The position numbers and the translations under genes are program-made. From Dendrobates tinctorius (taxonomy: Eukaryota): DNA of 64,000 bases. The notes beneath the pieces are model-generated. The model was not told the DNA's origin. It ran no database searches and saw nothing but the letters and a program-made list of their open reading frames with translations. Location of the stretch: assembly GCF_039654945.1 (NCBI RefSeq), contig NW_027362054.1, positions 6,448,001 through 6,512,000 on the forward strand, written 5' to 3'. The number at the start of each line of letters is the position of its first letter. The stretch's first letter is position 1. Of the stretch, positions 38,386 through 51,132 are shown piece after piece.

Positions 38386-39416
38386 TAAGATCTTATTTTT
38401 ACTCGCCGAAGTGACGTTTTTATTGATACCATTTAGAGAAGATAGTATGTTTTGATCGCCTGCTATTGCGTTGTATTGCAATGTTGCGGCGACCAAAAAA
38501 AAACCCCGTAGTTATAGTGGTGTTGATTTTTTTTCTTTCCCTCTTCACGCCGTTTACTGATCGGATTAATTCTTTTTGTATTTTAATCGGGCATTTCTGA
38601 ACGCAGCGATGCCAAACTCGTATTTTTTTGTTCTATTTTGAATGGGTCAAAATAGGGGGATTTGAACTTTATTTTTTAAGTTTTTTTTTTTGTTTTACAC
38701 TTTTGACTTGCTTCAATAGTCCCCTTAGAAGACTTGAAGCTGTGATCTTCCAATCGCTTGTGCTACACATAGCTGGGCATCAGCCTTGCCACAAGTAGTA
38801 GAAATGATCATCTCCTATGAATGCTGGTGTCCATAGGAGATCTACAATGACCGACACGGGGGTCTTCTGCAGAACCCCGGCTGTCACGCCAACCCATTGG
38901 CGCCCCGCGATCATGTGATGGGGCACCGATCAACAGGGTTTATGACGCGCTTCCAGTAAGCACAAATAAAATGCCGCTGTCAGAGATTGACAGCGGCATT
39001 TAAAGAGAACCTGTCGGCAGGATTTAGCCCTATAAACTTAAGGCATGGCCATAATGGTGCTGTCATGCAACCACTTAGCGGATCCCTTTACATCAGGTAT
39101 CATATTAATCAGCATCACAATGCCGTTATAGCCATGCCTTTAGTTTAAAGGGCTTAATCCTGCTGACAGGTACCGATACGTCATAGATTATAAAGGGGTT
39201 AAACACGAGCGTGAAAAAATGGTACATGTGTCATCAGTGTTTTGGATCCATGTATGGGGTGTTGGTCCATTTTTATCATCAGTGTGTCATCAATGTTTTT
39301 CACGGATGGATAAATAAATTACAAAGCTTCTCCTTTCCTGTGCATTGTATATGGACAGTACAATTGATGTGCTTTTCACAGACCCATAGACTTGTATTGG
39401 CTCTCTTCATCCCTGA

Positions 39417-39668
39417 TATGGCAGCACGGTGGCTCAGTGGTTAGTGGAGTCCTGGGTTCGAATCCCACCAAGGACAACATCTGCAAGGAGTTTGTATGTT
39501 CTCCCCGTGTTTGCGTGGGTTTCCTCCGGGTACTCCGGTTTCCTCCCACACTCCAAAGACATACTGATAGGGAATTCAGATTGTGAGCCCCATCGGGGAC
39601 AGTGATGAAAAATGTGTGTAAAGCGCTGCGGAATATGTTAGCGCTATATAAAAAATAAAGATTATTAT
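39417..39668 (+). mobile_element. tRNA-derived SINE (V-SINE-like) with L2-type tail
   Basis: GGTGGCTCAGTGG box A, GGTTCGAATCCC box B, V-domain-like core, tail TGTAAAGCGCTGCGGAATATGTTAGCGCTATATAAAAAATAAAGATTATT. Confidence 0.9.
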
Positions 39669-40236
39669 ACTGAAAAAAACTGACATGTGAACAGAACAAT
39701 AGATTACCTATAAGACGCACCCACATTTTCAGAAAGAAAATAGGGGGAAAAAAATTGTGCCAAATTAGTATGTCAAATGGGGGTCCGTCTTGGACCAAAT
39801 TCAGCTTATTGGGGGGATGGGGGGTATTATTGTGAGTGCTGGTGGATTTGGGTCACAGTACGTGTTTGGTGGTTAGGTGATGAGCTCAGTCTCACATCCC
39901 AGGCTAGTGCGGCAGGTTCGGTGGTGCGTGGGCTCCACTGACATTTTGTGAAAGCCCAGAGCCCCTGCATGTCCATTCCTGAAATGTGGTGGCCTCCGGG
40001 AAAATGGCCGCCGGCGCATGCGCAGAATGAGTTCTCAGCACCGTGATCTCAATCTGCACATGCGCCACCTCCAGCGGCCGTTTTCCCGGAGGCCACCGCA
40101 TTACAGCAATGGATGTGCAGGGGCTCCGGGCTTTTATTCACAAAAAACCTGCCGCACCAGCCTGGGATTGGGAGTCAGATCATCGCCCTGCAGCATTGTA
40201 ACACTGACTTTTTTTTTTAGGAAAAAGTGCGTCTTG

Positions 40237-40977
40237 GACTACTTTCACATTAGCGGTTTTTAGCGCAGCGCTTCGTGCGCAATAGAAACGCATGCAAAAA
40301 GCGCATCATGCGTGTCCATGTGCACGACTGCGTTCGCATAGACTGTAATGCGTTATTTTGTCGTATTCCATGCGCAAGTGTGCGCATGCGTTTTTTGACG
40401 CCGTTGGACGGACCCAAAAATGCAACAGGTTGTGTCTGGCGTGGCTAGGCGAACACCTTTTAAAAAAAAAAAAAAAAACAAACAACGCATGCGCACGAAA
40501 ACGCATACGAATGCGTGCAAACGCAAGACCAAAGACCATGCGCCCCCATGTTAAACATAGGTGCGCATGACGCATGGACGCGCACGATGCGCTGCGCAAA
40601 AAAACGCTACTGTGAAACCAGCCTAAGGCCATGTGCACACGCTGCGGTTTTTGCTGCGGTTCTGCTGCAGTTTTGACTGCAGCAGTTCTGCAGACAGTGT
40701 ACAGTAAAATGTTATCCTATGGGATTAACATTCTGCTGTGCACATGCTGCGGATTTTTACCTGCGGAAAAGCTACGTTTTTTTTTCTCCACAGCATGTCA
40801 ATTGTTTCTGCGGATTCTGCTGCGGTTTGCCACCTATTCCATTGTCCAGGTGGCAAACCGCAGGGCAAAACCGCAGGCCAATCCGTAGGAAAAACCGCAG
40901 GTCATTTTACCTGCGGTTTTACCTGCGGTTCCGCAGATATGAATCCGCAGACGAATCTGCAGTGTGTGCACATAGCC
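40237..40977. mobile_element. Two abutting Harbinger-type MITEs (40237-40623, 40627-40977) inside a pogo-like MITE (~39700-41000)
   Basis: ACTTTCACA...TGTGAAACCAGCC-TAA-GGCCATGTGCACAC...GTGTGCACATAGCC. Confidence 0.8.
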
Positions 40978-41943
40978 TCATAGTGTGAAAAATATGGTAT
41001 AATGGGTTAGTGTTCTATCCTTGGGGAAAAAGAAAACAGAAGAACATGTACGTGAAACAGTGACATGTGGATTTCAAGCCTCGTCAGGTCTAAGATGTAT
41101 TAAATTATAGATACTGTTTGTAGTATGAAATCTTGTGACAGATCTGCTTTCTAAGGAATCTGCATAAAATTACAGTATAAGCTTACAGTATAAGCTAAGC
41201 ACAACATCTTGTAGGGAACACAACCCTGATCAAAATTAAATCCTTAGGCATTGTTCCCATGATAAGTTCTTCTGCAGCACTTGTATTGGGTTACTTGCAT
41301 TTTATTTTTTTACTGTGTTTTTATCGGTCCAGTTTTTGTCTTTTTTCGTACTTCATGTTTTAAATAAAGCGGTTATGTTTTTGACAGTTCCTGGTATTTG
41401 GCTTTGACAAAACTTTATTGATTCATTCAGGTGCAGATTACTTGCTTTTTTAAGTGCATTTCCACAGTGGAAGTGCACAAAGACCACTTACATGTTGTTT
41501 TTTTTCCTGCAGATTTTCTGCATCTAATAAAACTTTATGGAGAAAATCTGCTCATAAAACTCATGTAACCTGCAAGAGAAATTGACATATTGCAGGTTTC
41601 AGCAGAGCGGGCATGAGATTTCTGTGAATTGTCTACTTTGCTGAAACTCTAAGACTCTGCGTTTTCTGTGTAGTATACGCAATGCAGACGAGCTGAAGGC
41701 TGCTATCAAAGCAACCTGGGCTTCCATAACACCTCAGCAGTGCCACAGGCTGATCGCCTCCTTGTCATGCCACATTGATGCAGTAATTAATGCAAAAGGA
41801 GCATTTACTGAGCATACATTTTCATAGGCCAACATTTCAGATTTTAAAATAATTTTTAAAGCTGGCGTTATAAAGTATTCTAATTTACTGAGATAATGAC
41901 TTTTGGGTTTTCATTGGCTGTAAGCCATAATCATCAACATTAA

Positions 41944-43194
41944 GGCTAAGTGCACACGTAGCAGAAAATTTCTGCTGAAAAACCTGACTCCCTTCCCAGA
42001 AACCACGCGTTTTTTTTCTGCGCATTTTCAAAACACACAGAAATAGCCAGAAACACGGAAAAATCTGCGAAATTCATGAGCATGCTGCGTTTTTTACCGC
42101 GATGCAGTTTTTTCGCGGTAAAAAGCGCATCAGTATGCACAAAAAGTGCAAAATGCATAGAAATGAATGGGAAGCTTATTTTTAGCGGTTTTATTGGAAA
42201 ATCCGCTAAAAATACAGCTAAAAAAATGCTGTGTGTGAACACAGCCTAAGGCTGAGTTCACACGTGGCGTTTTTTTCGCGTTTCCGCGGCGGTTTTAACC
42301 GCACGATTTTGCAGCGAAAACGCGAAAAATAAGCATCCCATGCATTCCTATGGGATTCCGCAATGCTGTGCTAATGCTGCGGTTTTTACCGCGGCGGAAT
42401 CGCTTCACGGTAAAAACCTCAGCATGCTCATTAATTTGCGGAATCGCGGCGATCCCGCACCCATAGGAATGCATTGTTCCGCTTATTTCCCGCATGTGGC
42501 TGTGCACACCATGCGGAAAGTAAGCAGAACAATTGCGGATGGTACCCATGGTCCGGAGGAGAGGAGACTGTCCTCCGGGCTTTGGGTACCATATCCCTGT
42601 AAAAAAAAGAATATAAAATAAAAAATATTGTTATTCTCACCCTCCGACGTCCCGCGCAGCCTTCCCGCTTCTCTTCACGCTCTCGTTCCCAGTAGTCCTT
42701 TGCTAAAATGCTCGCGATGACGTCCGTTCTCGCGGGATCGCGAAGTCTCGCGGTCATTCGCGCGACGTCATCGCGAATTACCGCGAGACGTCGCGATCCC
42801 GCGAGAACTGACGTCATCGCGGGCATTTTCGCAAAGGATTACTGGGAACGGATGCGCGGGACGTCGGAGGGTGAGAATAACACCGTTTTTTGGGTTTTTT
42901 TTTACATTCTATATGTTACTACTGATGCCGCATAGGCGGCCTCAGTAGTAAAAAGTTGGTCACACTCGTCAAACACTATGTTTGACGAGTGTGACCAACC
43001 TGTCAATCAGCTCTCCAAGTGATGCTACAGATCGCTTGGAAAACGCTAGCATTTTGCAAGCTAATTACGCTTGCAAAATGCTAGTTTTTCCGCGGGAAAA
43101 TCACGGGAATTTAAAATGCAATTTTCCCGCGGACTGGAATTCCGGAATTCTCGCAGTAATTTCCGCGAGAGTTCCGGTACGTGTGCACTTAGCC
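41944..43194. mobile_element. Two abutting Harbinger-type elements (41944-42246, 42250-43194) sharing a TAA
   Basis: TAA-GGCTAAGTGCACACGTA...ACAGCC-TAA-GGCTGAGTTCACACG...TACGTGTGCACTTAGCC-TAA. Confidence 0.85.
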
Positions 43195-43219
43195 TAACAG
43201 AAATATACACGTGAAATAG

Positions 43220-44378
43220 TAATAGAAACTAGGAGGGCACCACTAAATAAGAAATAGGGATAGTCCTGCAATCAGTAAAGACATACATAGAAAAATAGAG
43301 AAAGCTAATGATCAAAAAAACGCAGAAATATTGTAAATTTTATTGGACACACAAAAACAACTCCAATTAGTATTAAAAACATTTAAAAGTCATATACAAT
43401 GACAGGACAAAAGCACACAAAGGGCTCATAATAGAGCCGACAAACCTCATGTAAGAAAAAAAGAATGGCTTCACAATTCAAACCCTATCAAATGGCAAAG
43501 GGCAGACAATAATGGTGTTTATCAGAAAAATACACTGAAAAAATGTGAATCAAGATAGTATTAATATCACCACCTTATTGTCTATAATAGCTGCAATATA
43601 ATCAATTTTCTCTGAAACATGAACAGGTCACAATAGACACAAGCGGATGGACAAAACACCTATCAAGGGTATTTAAAGGAAATGACGCCTACAAAGCACA
43701 CTAAACATGTATAAATATCTTGAAAAGCCCATGAAAATTACCTAGAACACAGATTAAACCACATGTTCAAATGAGCTACAGCCATAACAAAAGATCACAA
43801 AAGACAGTGCAAACGATATTATGGACAGGTAAGAAAAGATCCAAGATAGATAAGGATCAGACCCTGTATCGCCTACAGACAAATTCAAAAATACTCAAAG
43901 TTTTTAAATGGTGAAAATATGAATCCTGCCTGCACTGTCCTAATAAGCTTACATGGGGGAGCTTGTGGAGTGCCCGACGTGTGTCGCCCCTGACGAAGCC
44001 ACTGTCTTTTGTGATCTTTTGTTATGGCTGTAGCTCATTTGAACATGTGGTTTAATCTGTGTTCTAGGTGGTAATTTTCATGGGCTTTTCAAGATATTTA
44101 TACATGTTTAGTGTGCTTTGTAGGCGTCATTTCCTTTAAATACCCTTGATAGGTGTTTTGTCCATCCGCTTGTGTCTATTGTGACCTGTTCTTACATGAG
44201 GTTTGTCGGCTCTATTATGAGCCCTTTGTGTGCTTTTGTCCTGTCATTGTATATGACTATTAAATGTTTTTAATACTAATTGGAGTTGTTTTTGTGTGTC
44301 CAATAAAATTTGCAATATTTTCATACATTATGGTGATCCCTGCGTTTTTTTGATCAGTAGCTTTCTCTACTATTTTTC
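43220..44378. mobile_element. Inverted-repeat retroposed insertion (Penelope-like) with 16-bp TSD
   Basis: TATACACGTGAAATAG at 43204-43219 and 44379-44394; arms 43288-43809 and 44000-44378 are reverse complements. Confidence 0.7.
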
Positions 44379-47300
44379 TATACACGTGAAATAGATCACT
44401 CTGTTTGTAATGACTTTTTTTTTTTTTTTACAAGAACAACTTAATAATTTAATAAAAGGCCAAATACAGTTTCCTATTTTAATAATTGTAATGGTTCCGT
44501 GTAAAACGCATGACACAGGGATGGTAACCTATATGTGATCTGTTTTTGGGCACCCATTGACTTAATTAAATGGGCAAGTCTGATCCAAAATATGGATCAA
44601 ACTAGTGAATGCACACATATATACACTACCACATTGCGTTGCCTTGGTCAATGTGCTGTCAGTATGCTTCCTATTTTGCATGTGGACAGCATTCAAATGT
44701 GTAATACACTAGTGTGAACAAGCCCATAGGACTGATTTATATCTTTTGTATAAGCCCGCCTAACTATAACCCTGGATATTATCGAATTCTCTTTAGCTGG
44801 ACTCTTATTAATTAGAAGGGGTCTCAGGGCTGTTAGGGTGGACTTGATAGGTGCTGACGACATCGTGTGGTTCGCAGGAAGTCTTTCCCAAGGTAGAGAC
44901 TGGCATCCTGTCCAGCTTCATTGACAGCCCTCACTTGACCAGAGCAAGTGCTGCCTAAATACAAAGGGGCATTGTCAAGTTGTCTCTTCAGCAGCTCCTA
45001 GCTCTGCAGATCTTCATTTCATGTGGGCAAAGTCCCGTATAGAACGTTTGTTGGAAGGTGAGAGACTCCATTTTAAATTTTATGGTTTTCACTATTCTGA
45101 CCAACACCCTCATTCCTTCAAAACCTCCATACTCCACCGACTCTTAGCCAGATCTAGGAGCAAGCCGAGTGTGTGATGTTATCCTTTTCATTAGTACTGG
45201 CATCAGTGGCACATATTAAAGTCCTGGCCCTTTGCTGGTGGTCATCCATGATCAGCAGCCTGTCCTGCACGGTGCCAAGAAGAAGGCTATCTCTCGGTGC
45301 CGTGTACTATGTTGCAGATCAATGCTTACAATGGCATTACAGTGCAGTTGATATTTATGCCAAGCTTCTTTTCCAGCACTCGATCAACAAGCTGAAAATA
45401 GCTTGTTTAGGGACAGCTTTACTCAAAAGCCAATTAGCCAGATGTTACCACAAGACATTGACTTTGTTGTTTTAAGCCTCCGAGCAGAATACATCTCTCT
45501 GATAAATCTCCAGTGGCGTTTTTTGAAATCCTTTAAGTAGCAGATTTCTGCTGAGTTTTAGTAGCATTTTTGTGAAATCTATTCTTTCGTCTGGTGACTG
45601 GTAAACCGTGCTATGATTAGTCCGACCACTACAATCCTTTAACAACGCTGTGGAGGCTCCTGGGGCTTTCCCACTGGATGTCTGACTCCAGCTTAGCCGT
45701 CTCTGAAACAATCACCAATTTTCTCATAAACTGTAGAGATTTCATTTTTCACTATAAAAGCAAATATAATCTACTATATAGCTTTTAAAGAAAAAAGAAA
45801 ACCTTCACCTCCTGAGAAACGTATTACACGATATTGATCAGTTGTGGGTCATCCAAACTCCTTCAACCTGTTTGTACATACGCATGCCATTACCTACTGT
45901 AGTGCCGCTACATGGCAGCACCATGACGTACAGTGTTGCCTGGAAACGGCCTTTTTTTTATGAAGAATTCCTTTATAATAAAGCATGTCACACTGATAAA
46001 GTCCATATTAATTCAACATGTAAAAAGTTCCATTAGAAGTATGGTGTGGGCCTATATACATCTGAGTATTGTGTAATAAATCCATACTTTGGCCATCTGC
46101 ACGACCCCAAAAACTGTCTCTCCTCTCATTTTTGACTATACATGTTGCACTGCCAGGAACAGCTGGGGTTTCCTGAGTCTTCGGTATACTCATCATTATG
46201 TGTTTTGACCGAGATGCTAAAATAACCTTATTAAATGAAATGTGTCTACTCCAAAAAATGCTATTTACCTGCAGATCGAGGGGTAATATACATCTAAGTC
46301 ATGTCTGGCTGGCAAATGGAACAGCGGCTACAGGGAGAAAATTAAGTTGTATTCTCCTTGCAGCCGCTCACTTCCAATCATCAGGGCGGTGCAGGCAGCG
46401 GTTACAGTCTCCACTCTCTGAGAGCACTGTAATCACTTCCCAGGGAACAAACTCTGCGGAATGGTCTGTGAAGTACTGTAATGTGTTGGGGGGGGGGGGG
46501 GGGTGATTACAGCACTCACTGTATAATGAGCAGTGTCTGTACCCACTCCCTGCACCGCCCCGATGACTGAAAATGAGTGGCTGCAGAGAGAAGAAAACTT
46601 TATTTCCTCCCTGCAGCTGCTACTCCAGTCACCTACTAGACATGTTTTAAACACTAACTGCATGCAGATTACCACTGGAAGTTTATGTAGCTTTTTTTTT
46701 TTTTTTTTCTTTAAGAGGCGACCTGTTCCCTTTTATAGGGTTATAAGCAGTCTTCACATTTATGGTATATGTGACGAGCTTGACATAAACGCTCACAAAG
46801 TGAGAGTCCTATGACCCTCAATCACCTATTCTTGACAGCTGAGCTAGCATTCTGGGGTTACAAAAAGAACCCCTTAACCTTTATTGTGAGCTGGGGGCTG
46901 ACTAAAACATGCCCTATTTTACATGTTCTTTTGGATTTTTTAATGAATCAGTCACTTGGCTTTTGCTGCCCCATCTGAGAGTAGCATTTTTATGTTGCTG
47001 CAGCTCTGCTAGTCTTCTCAGTTATGAGCTTCTACTACACAGTCCATAATATGTATGAGCTGTGGCTATCCATGCCCTCCACCATTCATTTGCAGCTTTT
47101 TGCCTATGCACAGTGTATGCAGAAAGCTGTCAATCAGTAGAGTTATGCAAAGCTCATCCTTGAGAAGACGAGAGGATAAAAGTATATCAGTATTATAAGA
47201 AGCCCACTGAGTGACACAGCTCTGTAATTGGGGTTTCAGCTCTTATTTGATGCTGCTGACAGATTCCCTTTACCAGTCCTGAAGGAATCCTATGCAAAAA

Positions 47301-48221
47301 TACATGAAAAATGAGCCACATCTACAGGATGCTGTTTAAAAAATAAAATCCAGTGACCTAAGAAATACACAGGTAGTTTGTACGGTGTTCTACACACTTC
47401 CATATTGACGTACAGGATCCACTTGTCTGCACCATTTTTCGAAAGGGGATAAAAAAACAAACCCCTTAATATAATTGCTCTTCAGAATTTTTCGTCATTC
47501 GCCGCTGGGTCCCTTGGTGCGACGGTTTATGCTCTTGGGTGCTTCGGTGACTTGTCAGCCCTGTGGACCACGTTGTCATGCGAGAGTGTAAGGAGAGATG
47601 CAGCGGCTGATCAGTGAAGAACTATACAGGCAAGTACATGGATTGTATTTTAACATGCTCGGCACAGATTTTCTTTGTCAAGCCTCTTTAATGCAGTGCA
47701 GAGCCATTGTATCACTCGTGATCGCATCGCATAGTGTGAAATGTTCTGTCTGAAGACAATGAAGCCGCTACAACCTTGTGTTACCTGAACAGAAAAAAAA
47801 AAGGTGAAAAGCTCAAACGGCGACCTGCTCCATCTTTCCAAAAGAAACCAAACGTCTCTAAATTTTTCAAGGTTCTTTCAGACTTCTGTTTGCAATGGAC
47901 ACCTTACAATGAGCGTAATCCATCCTAGCACTGATTAAAGTGATGAATGTCTAAATCCACGGTCTTCTAGAAGAGCAGTTTGGCAAGATGTTTGGTCCTA
48001 TTACTATTTCCAATAGATTGGGTTGAAGGCGTGTGTTCCGGCATGGCGGTGAAGTCATATTTTGACTATGGCACATTGATGGGTGGTTTGTGTTGCGTTC
48101 TAGACTCTGGTGCCTCTACAGTTTTTTTTTTTTTGCTAATTTTGGCATCGCTGGTTGAGGTCAAACGAGCCATCTTGTATAGGCATTAGACTGATTTTTT
48201 TTATTTTTTTTTATTTTGCAG

Positions 48222-48394
48222 TGTCCAGCAAGACGTGGGAGGAAGACCCTGGCCTGACTTTTGTAAAGCAACATTTACGCACCTCTTTGGCAGCGGGCCC
48301 AGATTTCCCACCAGTTTTGACATCTCTTCGCTGCGAAGTGTGTGAGCAAGGATACTTCTCTGTGCTTTTAATTTCTTCGCTAGTGCTAACGAAG
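48222..48394 (+). other. 5'UTR portion of the ATG-containing exon
   Basis: Unique sequence between the polypyrimidine/AG acceptor and the ATG at 48395. Confidence 0.65.
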
Positions 48395-48419
48395 ATGTCT
48401 CGGAAGCACAGTAATAAGG
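48395..48419 (+). CDS. spats2: First coding segment of a probable SPATS2 orthologue (MSRKHSNK + phase-1 G), in exon 48222-48419
   Basis: Strong acceptor (long T tract, TTTTGCAG| ending 48221) and donor AAGG|GTGAGT at 48420. ATG at 48395 gives 25 coding nt. From memory human SPATS2 starts MSRKQNQK|D with the same 25-nt phase-1 coding portion after long 5'UTR introns. Only 8 codons visible; the next coding exon was not found in the window. Confidence 0.7.
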
Positions 48420-50042
48420 GTGAGTTATAAAAGTATTCTACATTTCATTCTGTCATATATTGTTAGTTTTTTCTCGTCTGTAGTCTGGAAGTGCAATTCT
48501 ACTGGAATTATTAGATGTGATCATTGAACACAGGTACTTTTAGTAAATTAATATCTTTGCAGCCCCTGAAAACCCCTACAAGTATCCATCTGTGCTGTTG
48601 CGGTCTAACATGGGTTTCCTATTCCAAGAAGTCCTAAGGTTCCAGCGAATCCTATGTGAGAAACGCTGCTTTAATAATGTGGCGTAATAAGCAGAAAATG
48701 ATAAGCACAATCTCCGAAGTTGGCACAAACTTGTACACGTAACATTAGAATTTCTTACAATCAGTGATCTCACAGACTTACATTGTTAAAGAACTTGGCT
48801 GGGCTATTTATCTAGGCGGATATGTTAGAATCTGAATGAGTGCCATTCATTCTTTTATTACTGATCATAGTCATTATTGTTCTTAACCACGATATACAAT
48901 CCTTAAATGGTAGCTATCTCCAATATTACATAAAAAGGTACCTCGATAAGGTCCAGGTTACCAGTTTTGCTAAGAAAAAAGGAATTTAACATGTCATAGT
49001 ATGATACCATGGCTTGTAAACGTTTGGGCACCTCTGGTCAAAATGATTGTTATTATGAACAGTTGAGTAAGTTGAAGATGAAATGATCTGTAAAAGGCTT
49101 AACCCCTTTACCCCTCATGCCTGCTTGTACCTTCATGACCTGGCCAAATTTTACAATTTTTTGACCAGTGTCACTTTGTGAGCTAATAACTCAGGAACTA
49201 TTCAACGTATCCCACTGATTCTGAGATTTTTTTTGTGTGTGACATATTGTAGTTCATGATAGTGATAAAATGTATTCGACAGGACTTGCATTTGTGAAAA
49301 AATTGGAAATTTAGGAAGCTATGAGGGTTAAAAGTTGACCCAGCAGTTTCTAATTTTTCCACCAAAATTTACAAAACCATTTTTTTTTTTTTTTTTTAGG
49401 GACCACCTCACATTTAAAAAGAGACTTTGAGGGAAAATGACAGAATGTAAATGACACAAAATACCCAAAAGTGACACCATTCTAAAAACTACACCCCTCA
49501 AGGTGCTGAAAATCACATTCCAGAAGTTTATTAACCCTTAAGGTGCTTCACGGGAATTAAAGGAATTCATTTAGGGGTGCAGTGATCATACTGACAGCAC
49601 ATGTGTCTCGCAGAATTTCATGCTATTGGGCGGTGAAGGAAGAATACATTTTTACCACTGAAATATTTTTAATTTCTCTAAGGGCTATTAGGAAAAAATG
49701 GACTTCGTAGTTTGTTGTAAAAATTTCCCGAGTGCGCCAATACCCTACATGTAATCAGCAGGGCTGTGGAGTCGGTAAGCCAAAACTGCGACTCCGACTC
49801 CTCAATTTCCCTTACACCAACTCTGACACCACGACTCCGACTCCCACATATATTGCTTATATTTAAGTGAAAAATGTATTGTAGTACAATGTGAACATCA
49901 GACATTAAATCATTTTTATGATACAATAATCAAGATATTTAGATAGAACATAAGATATATTTATTGGAATACAACTTTAGAACACAAAAAACTGTAATAA
50001 AATGTAAATGTCATACACTATGTAATATCGATTACATATATA

Positions 50043-50552
50043 CAGTACAGACCAAAAGTTTGGACACCTTCTCATTCAAAGAGTTTTCTTTATTTTCATG
50101 ACTATGAAAATTGTAGATTCACTCTGAAGGCATCAAAACTATGAATTAACACATGGGGAGTTATATAATTAACAAAGAAGTGTGAAACAACTGAAAATAT
50201 GTCTTATATTCTAGGTTCTTCAAAGTAGCCACCTTTTGCTTTGATTACTGCTTTGCACACTCTTGGCATTCTCTTGATGAGCTTCAAGGTAGTCACCGGA
50301 AATGGTTTTCACTTCACAGGTGTGCCCTGTCAGGTTTAATAAGTGGGATATCTTCTTGCCTTCTAAATGGGGTTGGGACCATCAGTTGTGTTGTGCAGAA
50401 GTCTGGTGGATACATAGCTGATAGTCCTACTGAATAGACTGTTTGAATTTGTATTATGGCAAGAAAAAAGCCATGATGCCTCCAGAGTGAATCTACAATT
50501 TTCATAGTCATGAAAATAAAAAAACACTTTGAATGAGAAGGTGTGTCCAAAC
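50043..50552. mobile_element. Short non-autonomous Tc1 element; right end runs into the gap
   Basis: TA|CAGTACAGACCAAAAGTTTGGACACCTTCTCATTCAAAG with inverted copy CTTTGAATGAGAAGGTGTGTCCAAAC. Confidence 0.85.
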
Positions 50553-50700
50553 NNNNNNNNNNNNNNNNNNNNNNNNNNNNNNNNNNNNNNNNNNNNNNNN
50601 NNNNNNNNNNNNNNNNNNNNNNNNNNNNNNNNNNNNNNNNNNNNNNNNNNNNNNNNNNNNNNNNNNNNNNNNNNNNNNNNNNNNNNNNNNNNNNNNNNNN
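50553..50700. other. Assembly gap (148 N)
   Basis: Run of N. Confidence 1.
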
Positions 50701-51132
50701 TTGCTGGGGTCAAAGGTCACGTGCGTTCAGCATGAAACTCAGGCGCAGAGCTGGGATTCGTGTATAACTGACCCTGGGTCAGGTTTATTAACGGTGAAAG
50801 CAATGCAAAAGGAAATAAAACATAAAACAAATCCTTGCCTGTCCGGCACTAACTAAACAATGGACAACCTAACTACCAACTGGCGGGCTTCTCCCGTCCA
50901 GCCAAACCACAGTTGCAGTGGGCACTGCTTCCACTCACGTGTGTCTCTCACACAGACAGGCTCTCTGTGTTCCCAGGCTGAGACACTCACACAACCACCT
51001 TGCATCCTTTTATATCCACCTCCCATTATCCATTAGTAAGCAGGTGCGAAACTGACCAGACTAGGCCACATAGGAAAGGATTCTGGGCGAGATATACCTG
51101 CCCTCATCCACTATTCCCACATGATTCTCACA
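50701..51132 (-). repeat. 3' LTR (last ~26 bp lost in the gap)
   Basis: Ungapped match to 55383-55814; preceded on minus strand by the PPT AGAAG(G)nATA at 51133-51150. Confidence 0.95.

Larger units (their letters stand above)
41678..44415 (+). mobile_element. 3' fragment of a Tc1 element, split by later insertions
   Basis: NADELKAAIKATWASITPQQCHRLIAS...IDAVINAKGA at 41680-41800; TIR-like sequence resumes at 43195-43219 and 44395-44415. Confidence 0.65.

Noticed and set aside
39417-39475. tRNA gene (boxes A and B)
   Set aside because: Head of a SINE; no complete cloverleaf and followed by SINE body and tail
50363-50856. ORFs containing X runs
   Set aside because: Artefacts of the N gap
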